Shown here in pieces: positions 25,704 through 36,000 of a stretch of 64,000 nucleotides of DNA. Under the pieces are notes generated by a model. That model had not been told where the DNA came from. It did no database searches and saw nothing but the letters and a program-made list of their open reading frames with translations. This stretch comes from Phoronis australis (taxonomy: Eukaryota > Animalia > Phoronida), in the NCBI GenBank assembly GCA_002633005.1, contig NMRA01000018.1, forward strand, positions 1,251,531 to 1,315,530, in the 5' to 3' direction. Position numbers and translations under genes: made by a program. Positions within the stretch are counted from its first letter, which is position 1. Each line of letters opens with the position of its first letter.

Positions 25704-28700
25704 TCAAAAACTAATCTCTTCTGACAACAACATGCTTCCACGCCACGTCATGTCGTCCTCCTCATCTTTCTCGGCTATTTCCGATAGGAAGCGTCGCGCA
25801 TGAGAAACTGTCGGTCTCTCCACGGGAGACTCGCGCTTCTTAGATTGATCGACTAACGATCTCCCTTGAGTTTGAGTCTTGTAAGAGATCTCATTCGGAC
25901 CAAGACCTCCTTGTTCCATGGCATGCCTGTAAGACGGATGAGAACGCGGTGAGAGCGAAGACGGAGACGTGTCGCCACCATCGTCCTTGGACGTTCTTAC
26001 AGCAAGATCATCGCTTTTATCTAACATATCGCGGACGATGCGAACATTGTTCGGCGACATTCCGCTGGAGACCAAGATTCTCTTGTACCAATTTTTCACA
26101 GACTGCATCCTGGCATTCGACGACTCAACTGGAGAGTGTGTACGTCTGTTTTGCGACGAACTAATGGTATGAGCTCCACTCGAACGACTATGTGTATTCG
26201 CGTGCACACCAGACGAGCTATATTCGCGAACCTGCGGGAAATAAAGACCCTCATCTATTACCTTCTGCCAAGATTCTCTGACCCTGGGAGTAGTCATTCG
26301 GTGAAGCTGTCTCTGACGCAGGTTTTCTTCGCTCAGTTCTGGCGAGTTGGACGACATGTTACTGGTTGGTGTCAACAGGCCATGGTCACCAACTCGTCGT
26401 GGTTCCTGAGGTGTTCTAGGAGAAACGTGATTCCCTGGGGATCTGCTCGGTTGTCCATTCATCTTCATTTGTGGCGGAGTTCCCACCTTTTCCTTAGGTG
26501 CAGTAGGGAATAGACGCTCACGAGCCGTTGGAGTGTCGGGACTCGTTGGTGTTTTAGGTGAACCTCTCGACTGACCGACAATTCTTCTGGGGGAAGTGTA
26601 TCGCTGGTTACTGTTACCGGGCGAGCCAAAAGTTAACGACGACGGAGGATTCGACCGTTGAGTGCTGGGAGGTGTTGACATTTTCAAAGGCACCACCCGA
26701 CCAGTAGTTGGAGTACTCGGCTCAGATGGTATAGTGGGAAAATCTTTTTTGTCGACCGGTACTTCACGAGACATTGGCGTCACGGGGACGCTACGGTTTG
26801 TAGGAGTCTTTGGAAGAGTTTCAACCGGAATTGTTCGAGAATCGTCACTATTCTGTTCCTGCTCTCGGCTGACTGACGATGAATCATCACTGTCAAAGAA
26901 GTCATTCTCTATTTCCTTCACCAGCACCTGCCACGAACTCCGCGCGCGCGGTTTGTTTACGTTGTGCATGGCGCGTTTTCCTGGGCTTTGTTTATAACCT
27001 TTCGGTGCAGTGAGTGCGGCGTAATTATCAGACGTCCTGCTCGAAGAGGAAACAACAGCTTCACTGACGTTACTAGTATTCCCACCTTGACCCTGTTTAG
27101 ATGAGGAGCCACCATCTTTTTCCCCACTGGCCAGATCGGTCATTCCTGGTTGTGATATACCTGGTTGTGATATTCCTGGTTGTGATATTCCTGGTTGTGA
27201 TATTCCTGGTTGTGATATTCCTGGTTGTGATATTCCTGGTTGTGATATTCCTGGTTGTGATATTCCTGGTTGTGATATTGGATAAGAAATGTTTGGAGTT
27301 TTATTATAGCTTCCCATATGGTTCATTCTGTCTTGCACATCAAGGGATGCATTGACGTAATTGTCCGCCGTTGCCTCGTTACTGTTACCAGCTGACGACC
27401 GCTTAGCATCGCCCTCACCTCTTGTAAATTGGAGCGCTGCCGTGGAAACGCGAGGGCCAAGCTGTTCACCAGGGAGTGGAGACATAAACTTATTAGGCGT
27501 TGATTTGAGAACCCTTTCTTCTCTCAGCTGTTTCCTGGACTTCGGTGTAGTCGGTGTTTTAGCTGGATTAAAAGGCAAGCTTGACGTTTGTGCAGTTTCT
27601 GGAAGGATTTTTGGATAACTTGAAGATGATGAGCTGTGAATATCTCTGTCTAACTTTGGTTTACCGTGCTTATCGTATTTATAACGTGTACCTACAGGTG
27701 TCTGCGGGCTATAGACACCTTTAGACGAGTTATGTGTTGTCCTTTCCAACATATCGTTGTTAACAAGGTTTGAATTGGCAGAAACGCTAAGGTCCTGCAT
27801 TGATTGATCAATCTGTGCCCTTGTTTGGAGTTGTTGAAATACGGGAGATCTAGAAGAAGTTTCCTTGGGAAACTGATTAATAACTCGGTTGTCTTCTATA
27901 CTGTTGGACCTTGGTGAAATGTTATTCTTAGAAAGACTAGACTGATAGAATTCAGAGGAAGTGGGTGGTGCCTTCACATCAGGGGAGCGGGGATCAAGAG
28001 ACATTGATCTTTGATTTTGAAAAATGGAAAAGGGATCCAGACCCGGAGAGCTTTGACCCCTGGGACTTACTTGTGCCGAAGTGTTTCTTGTTGAATTTGA
28101 AGTTGAGGAAGAAAGATTACTGAATGAGCCAGTGTTTTTAAGAGGTAGGGTTTCTTTTGTACTGTCGTACTCCTCAGACAGATATTTATTACTTCCATGT
28201 AAGCTACTCCTGCTTGAGTTTGACTGGTTTAAGCTCCTACTAGAGTTTGACAGACTGTGAGCAACTGGTGAATTCGTTTGCCATTGGTAAGTATCTTCTT
28301 TGTGGAAGCTCGTTTCTGGAGACTGAGACACGCTCTTGCCTCCTTTGAAAGGAGTCTTTTGCTTAGATGAAGAAAGACTTTGGCCTGTATCATGGAAAGT
28401 CTGCTGTGATGGGTTGCCCTTATTCGATTTGACTTCAACTATAAGTGCACGGGGTGTTTCAGTTTCCAGGACACCAGAGGAATGGTCCGAGCCCATATCC
28501 ACCACAAAAGCGTCAGGTGTGTCTATGATGAGAGTCTCTTTCACTCGCAGTCCAGATTCATTCTCAGTAGATGCACTAGGTTCAGACGCTCTGTTTGCAA
28601 CATTCTGTTTTTTCCTACGATCCCAAGACTCATTCTCATTTTGAACTTTGTCCACTTGAAAATCACTACTGGAAGCAGAGCTAGAATTCTTAATAGAATT

Positions 28701-30050
28701 ACTGATTGAAGAAACATTATAATATTGACCAGAACTCTGTTCACCATGGAGCTCCAATGATTCTGAATGTCTGAGATGCTCGTGTGAACTATTTGCATGA
28801 CCTAAATGTGAATAATTGATATCATTCGGCATATTTACAGGAGTAGAAGAATTAGAATCCCTGAAATCTTTCACCAAACCATATCCTTCCTGTTCTTTGT
28901 AATCATATCCAAATGGTATGCTGTCCAGATCAGTTTCAAAGTCTTCATAATTCAGTCGGGCTTTCTCCAGTTCCAAGAAAGCAGTGTAGTTTTCAGGCCT
29001 CATAAGAAGCGTGTCTAGATCATCGATAGGGGATATAAAATGTCTGTTAGCTTTAGGTGTTGTTGGTACCGATTTGCTCAGCGGCTTGGAGTCATCAGAG
29101 TCATACAACGCAATTGAGGCTCGGTACTCGTGCCGAACATCGGCGTACTCAGCTTTGCTTAACCTCCTTGCATCAGGAGTGAATTTTTCATTAACATCAT
29201 AGTGATTGTGTTTCGCAGGTGAATTTGGGTATGGGGTCATGTGATTAAATTTCGAGGGTGTGAGCGGTGCAGGTTGACCAGACCGGCTAGCCATCAGTTT
29301 TTCAGTAGCTTGGCGTATTAGTGACGGAGTGATGGGCTCTACGCCATCGTCAGTCATGATATCATCATCTTTATGACTTCGACTGGAATGTCTTTTGTTG
29401 CGATGCTTTTGGTAATAATAATTAGACAAGTCATCATGTCTAGGAGATTCTTGGGAGACATTATCACAGTTCTGCTTATAATTATCACGGTGGACATCTT
29501 GAGGTGATAACCTATCATATTTTGTTGAGGGCAAAGACTCTGAAGATTTCCTTTGTGCTTTGACAATTTTCTCACTTGGTGAAAGAACATGCTTCTCATT
29601 CCTATTCTCAGCAGGGGGTGACAAATTTAACGAAGGAGGTTTTTGTATACGTTTCTGCACTGGCTCCTGGATTGCACTAGTATCTGCTACCTCTTCAGCC
29701 CGATCTGCTCCTTCGACACCATCGCTGCTGGATTTCTGCTGTGGTTGTAAAGAGTCTTTGATGGAATTTTTCTGAACGCCCGCAGTATCTTCAGATTGAG
29801 CTTCCAGATTTTCATTATAGAATAATCTTTTCCTGGCAGTGTTCTCATTCCTATTCTCTTCACTCGCTTTAACATTGTTAACAGTTTTTGTAGTGTCACT
29901 GGCATCCGCCTGAAATGACAGGATTTTCTCAAGGGTTGGAGTTTTGGGGAAGTGCTCCTCTGGAAATGCCTCATCATCGTTCACCTCCAGTTGTCGTATC
30001 TTCTCACCGGGGAGTGGTGTGCCTTCAGCAAGCAAGTCTAGTGGATTGTA
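25704..30050 (-). CDS. Giant terminal coding exon (4347 bp, 1448 aa) of the RSKR-like kinase; low-complexity Ser/Pro/Thr-rich
   Basis: Uninterrupted ORF. The strong acceptor atttgctttcag|TAC at 30050 is in phase 0 with the preceding kinase exon (…[10 protein letters not shown]|YNPLDLL…). Confidence 0.85.
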   Translation of the reverse strand, partial: YNPLDLLAEGTPLPGEKIRQLEVNDDEAFPEEHFPKTPTLEKILSFQADASDTTKTVNNVKASEENRNENTARKRLFYNENLEAQSEDTAGVQKNSIKDSLQPQQKSSSDGVEGADRAEEVADTSAIQEPVQKRIQKPPSLNLSPPAENRNEKHVLSPSEKIVKAQRKSSESLPSTKYDRLSPQDVHRDNYKQNCDNVSQESPRHDDLSNYYYQKHRNKRHSSRSHKDDDIMTDDGVEPITPSLIRQATEKLMASRSGQPAPLTPSKFNHMTPYPNSPAKHNHYDVNEKFTPDARRLSKAEYADVRHEYRASIALYDSDDSKPLSKSVPTTPKANRHFISPIDDLDTLLMRPENYTAFLELEKARLNYEDFETDLDSIPFGYDYKEQEGYGLVKDFRDSNSSTPVNMPNDINYSHLGHANSSHEHLRHSESLELHGEQSSGQYYNVSSISNSIKNSSSASSSDFQVDKVQNENESWDRRKKQNVANRASEPSASTENESGLRVKETLIIDTPDAFVVDMGSDHSSGVLETETPRALIVEVKSNKGNPSQQTFHDTGQSLSSSKQKTPFKGGKSVSQSPETSFHKEDTYQWQTNSPVAHSLSNSSRSLNQSNSSRSSLHGSNKYLSEEYDSTKETLPLKNTGSFSNLSSSTSNSTRNTSAQVSPRGQSSPGLDPFSIFQNQRSMSLDPRSPDVKAPPTSSEFYQSSLSKNNISPRSNSIEDNRVINQFPKETSSRSPVFQQLQTRAQIDQSMQDLSVSANSNLVNNDMLERTTHNSSKGVYSPQTPVGTRYKYDKHGKPKLDRDIHSSSSSSYPKILPETAQTSSLPFNPAKTPTTPKSRKQLREERVLKSTPNKFMSPLPGEQLGPRVSTAALQFTRGEGDAKRSSAGNSNEATADNYVNASLDVQDRMNHMGSYNKTPNISYPISQPGISQPGISQPGISQPGISQPGISQPGISQPGISQPGISQPGMTDLASGEKDGGSSSKQGQGGNTSNVSEAVVSSSSRTSDNYAALTAPKGYKQSPGKRAMHNVNKPRARSSWQVLVKEIENDFFDSDDSSSVSREQEQNSDDSRTIPVETLPKTPTNRSVPVTPMSREVPVDKKDFPTIPSEPSTPTTGRVVPLKMSTPPSTQRSNPPSSLTFGSPGNSNQRYTSPRRIVGQSRGSPKTPTSPDTPTARERLFPTAPKEKVGTPPQMKMNGQPSRSPGNHVSPRTPQEPRRVGDHGLLTPTSNMSSNSPELSEENLRQRQLHRMTTPRVRESWQKVIDEGLYFPQVREYSSSGVHANTHSRSSGAHTISSSQNRRTHSPVESSNARMQSVKNWYKRILVSSGMSPNNVRIVRDMLDKSDDLAVRTSKDDGGDTSPSSLSPRSHPSYRHAMEQGGLGPNEISYKTQTQGRSLVDQSKKRESPVERPTVSHARRFLSEIAEKDEEDDMTWRGSMLLSEEISF

Positions 30051-33000
30051 CTGAAAGCAAATATATGTACCACATTACATTACTTACAGTACTTAAATAA
30101 CTAAAGACCTGGCTAGTGAAACACTTAGGCCTCAATTCCCACAAAAGCACAATGCCCATAATCACTTCTTCCCTCCAGTTTCTGTTTCTTTAAGAACTAC
30201 ATAATCAATGTTTAAACAAATGAGCTCCATGTGTTTATATATGTGTGCATGCGTATGTATGCATATGCATACATCTAAATATACAATATACATATAGCTC
30301 ATTTGTTGAAACATTGGTTACGTAGTTTGTGACTATGGGCAAAATGTGGCGGCACTGTGACCCAGATGTCTAAACCATGATAAGGGGCGGCCAGCCACCC
30401 GGTGAAAAGTTGATCATACAACAAGCGATGGGAGCCGTCCTCTAGATGTCCACGTGCCATGTGTTTGAACGGTACTGGGGCCTGTTCCAAGAAACTGGTT
30501 TAAGTTCATTCTTGACTTAAGTTTAAGATTTGTCTTAACTTCCAATCTTTGAGGCTTCCAAATTCGGCTAGTAAATCAAAACTAAGACAAAACTTATGTC
30601 AAACACTTAAGTCAAACTTAAGAACTCTTCCTTGAATTGGTTTTGAGACAAATTTAGCTTTTATTTTAAAATTTACAAAAATTAAGATTTGTCTTAGCTA
30701 AGTCAGTTTTGTTGGAACGAGCCCCAGTATTCATTGTAACAATCCACTGAAGATCTACATATGCCAAAACTAATAAAGTAGTATCATTCCAAACATTCAA
30801 AAGAGCAATTCAAGCACATCAGCAAATTACTACTAACAGTATTTATAATAATTATCATACTATTTCAACTTCAGTATCTCTTCATGTAATACAGCTGCTT
30901 TAAACCCACTTCCCATAAAAAACTAACGCTGGGCTTGGACCATTTACTGTTAAATTATAAAATTGGCCTCAACTTGTTCCTTACTCAAATCATAGGCGAT
31001 TTGAGGGTTTGAAAAGAACTGAGAATTTGTTATTATTCGAGACCAAGCTCAATAAGGGCTGTTCCAGTAAAATCCGTGTGGGAGGGGGGGGACGACAGTA
31101 GAAATAAAAATTCATGGGTGGTTGTCTTCAGAAAAAAACACAAATTATAGGTGGCCGTTCCTGTAAGAAGTGATCCATTAAAAATGGGTGGTATTTTTTG
31201 ACCTGTTAATGTTGACAGGTCAGTTACTTCAGCCCTCAAAACTCAAAAAGAAATGCATATATCCTAACTTAACCCAATACAAAAAAGCCCATATTGCCAG
31301 TGAACAGAGTGCAATATGTTCACTAAGCCATTAATCAAGTCATGGGCAACTTGATTTGAGCCAACTGTTTGTCTGCAGTCCTATTTAATTGAAAAGTTAT
31401 GCAACACTAAACTGGTGTTAACACATATAAGAAAATTGATGATTTTTAAATAAAAAGTATGAGGAGTAAGATGAAAAAAATAAACAAGTTCCAATATTCA
31501 CTTGACATAGAAGTATAAAAGAGTTCNCCATAATCACTTCTTCCCTCCAGTTTCTGTGTCTTTAAGAACTACATAATCAATGTTTAAACAAATGAGCTCC
31601 ATGTGTTTATATATGTGTGCATGCGTATGTATGCATATGCATACATCTAAATATACAATATACATATAGCTCATTTGTTGAAGCATTGGTTACGTAGTTC
31701 GTGACTATGGGCACAATGTGGCGGCACCCAGATGTCTAAACCATGATAAGGGGCGGCCAGCCACCCGGTGAAAAGTTGATCATACAACAAGTGACGGGAG
31801 CCGTCCTCTAGATGTCCACGTGCCATGTGTTTGAATGGTACTGTATTCACAGTAACAATCCATTGAAGATCTATATTATGCCAAAACTAATAAAGTAGTA
31901 CCATTCCAAACATCCAAAAGAGCTACTTTAAACCCACTTCCCATAAAAAACTAATGTTGGGCTTGGACCATTTACTGTTAAATTATAAAATTGGCCTCAA
32001 CTTGTTTCTTGAGGGTTTGAAAAGAACTGAGAATTTGTTAATATTCGAGACCAAGCTCAATAAGTTGGCTTGTCACCGTGGGTCATTTTATGTGCCAAGC
32101 ATGGCCTTGAGCGATAACAAGCTGTTGGTTCTCTCCCACTTCAGAAATCACTTCTCATTTGAAAAAAGGAAAGCTCCTTACTCTGACGGAATACAGGTTT
32201 GAAGCAGATTAAATACATAAAGTTTATAAATTTACCGCTTTGATGTAGACCTTGTCAAAGTCGAAGTTCTTGAAGAAAGCATGTTGTTTCAATGCATGGT
32301 AATTATGCAGCCGTTTGACTGGGTCACGATCAAGGAGCTGAAACAAGTAAAAAATGCTTACTTCATTTCCACAAAAAATAAAATTTTCTACGACACTTGG
32401 AGACACTCGGATTTACAAATTAAAAAGCTATGAAACCGGACAGATTTCATTGCTAGTATGGTGCAACATTAATGCTTTTGAAACGGTTAGTTAATATCCT
32501 TCAGCTAAACCGTTATCAAAATAAGGATCTATAAGTGGACATATAGTGCAAAGACAAATGAATTCAGTGGGTTTCAAATATGGCACTGTTGATGTTTTTC
32601 ACATGCATTGTGTGATGGTTGTCGAATCATAAACGTAAGGCGACATCACATATAAGTTTGTGACATGTAACCAAGACAGAAACTAACAGTTGGCACTTGC
32701 GTGCACCAGAATGGATGGCACTGGTCCACTGTAACAAGTTTTTTGGTACAAGTGTGATAAACCAACTGCCATAGAAAAACAACTGATTGAAAACGAGTCT
32801 CAAAATGCACCGAATAAATACATAGATTAGAAAGTTCTTGTGCGTCAGATTCTCGAGGCACACGCTATCCAATCATGCTGAAGTCAAATTTCACCACCTG
32901 AAACTCAAATCATGAATCGAGTTACACAGTCAAGTTATCTGTCATATCACTGGCTGTTCACAAGCTTAACAATGCATTTGAAAAATGACAGCAGCGCTGT

Positions 33001-36000
33001 AGATGAAATCCCTAGTGTTTTAGGGATAGTGGTAATCTGGTTATAATTCAGACACTGCACTGGACAGATAGCCATTGTCACTACTCTAGATAGAAATTCA
33101 ATGATGTCAAACAACTAACAAATGAAGCCGGCAAAATATTCAATTCAATTCAAAACGAAATGGTTTTTTAAGCCATTGATATACAGTAAAAGCTGTGGAC
33201 TTAAAAATGACTTTTCTGTTTAGGACATTGAAACACGTAAGAAGGAATTACAGAAATATACAAACATTTTTAAAAATTGTTTTATTTGAGAGAAAGATAT
33301 TTGTTCTGATGAAAGAATTGTGATATTTTTATCAATTACTTCACAATAATATTATTTTTAATGTTTAAATTTTCTCCATATTTTGGTGCAAACAGGAGTC
33401 TTAATTATTAGAAAAAATTAAAGTCTCCAAAAAATTAGTACAAGAATGCTTCAGGTATTTCACACAATGATTTTCTGGGAATTAGAAATGACTAGACCTA
33501 TTCAAACAAGGCATACAGCAACATAATACAGACTCACTCGGGCAACTAGACTCTGGGCCTCAGGACTGTACTTCTTGGGAAGGGAGAAATCCGTTTCAGC
33601 CACTTTTTTCGCCATCTCTACGTGATGAGTGGACCGACCAACAGGAAACTGAAGGAATGCGGTGGATTAGTGTCTGCATAGTACACTAGGTGGAGCACAC
33701 TAACTCCTCATTTTACTACAATAATGCCATGTCAACAGTTCTATCTGACAAAGCACTGCCATATGACATTCACAGTTTGAATAATAGTTTAAAGAACACA
33801 GACTAAAATAAAATTTTTGAAGTTCATTATTCTTCTTATAGCTTTCATTAGAATTTCACTTTCTTTAAAGTCAACCAAATTCTTGTACCCTGGGATCTGT
33901 TCATGAAAAGTGACTGAAGACTCAAGTCTGAAATTAGGTCTTATATTCCACACAACTATGTCGGAAAAATCATAAATCTCACATGGGCAGAAGTGAAAAT
34001 TTACACATAACTGCTAGTTACTGAGACAATTTCTATCAGTCAGTTATAGACTGCCATGCACTCATAATAATGGATAAGCCTTTTTTCAGCAATTTACCTA
34101 TTGCCAGAAGTTTGAGTGACGGCTTAACTGACCAATCAGGCAGCAGCATTCTTGACACACCTTTGTTTCCAAGACACCATTTCACCCAAAAAACAACACG
34201 ATGCCGGGAAAAACTTATTGTTTGTCTGTCGATATTATGCAAGGAGGCGGAACGTGCGATTGGTCATTTGTGACCTGGGAGGGTATGACCGAATTCCTAT
34301 CAGTCTTAAGGCACTTTAATGAAACAGACCCATGTCAACGTGAATTGGTTGTCGTTTTGTCGCCTAAAGATTTCACATTCTCAACGTAGACGTACCTCAC
34401 CAGCAATCATTGCATACATCAGGATGCCAATAGTCCACCAATCAGCTGAATGGCCATAGGGGGTGACGGCGAGGACCTCTGGTGCTGAAAGAGAAAGGCA
34501 TGTCATCAGTCAGAAGTCACTCCACAAAACATATTAGGATGATGCAACATTAGGTGTAGTTAGTATTAGACATAGAGAACATCAGTCTCAAATAAAGCTG
34601 AGAATGAATTAATGTAGCGGCCAATGTAGACTAACTTATCACGAGTTCAACCAAAGGCTCTAACATATCAGTTCAGTTCTTGTCAGTCCTTGCACCGTAG
34701 TGTTGGAACTCTGACATGAAGCATTGCGTATGACATGGAGTTCGTTGCGTTCAAGTAGACGGAATAAAACCCGGCCGTGTGATGGAACTCAATGCATATT
34801 GTCAGATTTTCAACACTACATGATAAAGGAAGCTTTGTCACCAAAGTTCTTCCAATCTCCAGTCGATGATTGAACGATCCTGCCGAATGAGTTCTAACCC
34901 AGTGCCATAAATGTTCAAGGAAATTTTTATTAGATCAGTATTAGCGTTTGGTGATTTTTGATGCCGACACACAGATGGCGCTCCCGATAATCACCCGACT
35001 TTTGGCTGATATGACCATTTGCTAAGGAAAAAGTTGAAGAATGCTAAAATAGTCTTTCAAGCATGATGTAAAAACAAACATTTCCTAGCACTTTACCCAT
35101 ATAGTGCAGTGTTCCACAGACAGTCCTGGTACGGCCGCCCATTCTAAGCCACTTGGCCAGGCCGAAGTCAATCACCTTTAAGTGGTCTGTAACACAATAC
35201 CACAGTCACATACAAAAAGGTTTATTTAAATATGAACTTGCACACATATGTAATGTGCATTTCTTAGCGTTTAATTTACAACTCATGAAATTTTATCTTT
35301 TCGTTCATTTCATAATGAAAGCCTTATGATCTGCATTGCGAATTTCTTTCTCATCAAAAAAATTTAAACACACTGCAATGAGTTGCCAATAGGAAGCACC
35401 AGCACCATTTAGCTAAATATAATTACCAGCTCATGGTGAGGCTTTTGCTATATTCTTACAAGCTAATACCACCATCTAAACTAACCAAATCAATAAAGTC
35501 TACAATATGAGCTAACTAAGAGGATTTGGGATAAAAGAAAGTCATCTTATACTTCCAAAGCTTGACAATAACTTCGAATTTCTGTAAATCCACGATCCGT
35601 CAAAGAAGCTTTGATATAGACCATTTACTGCTATAAATTAAACTGATTTTCAGCTTGTTCCTATTAAACTTGGAATGAGAAAAGGGTTCCAAAAAAACTG
35701 GTATGTCGTTTATGCTTAAGACCATGTTGGGCAAATAGATGACTCATCATGATAAGCAAACTGAGTAGAGCCTGTTCTAACAAACTGTCGTATTTTTCCA
35801 AGTCCAGAAATCACTTTGACTAAGGAACATGGTGAGACTAATTTTTGAAAACGACTCGTAGTTTAAAGTAAGAATTTATTTTTTGAGACAGAAGGCGGTT
35901 TGTAAAATAGGTTGTCATATTTAAAAATGTTGTACTTACAGTCATTGTCAATTAGCAAATTCTCCATCTGAAATCAAGAATGACTCATAACGGAAAATGG

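Noticed and set aside
25949-30100. Numerous short plus-strand and alternate-frame ORFs
   Set aside because: Shadow frames of the giant kinase exon, for example the FLVVI repeat antisense to ISQPG.
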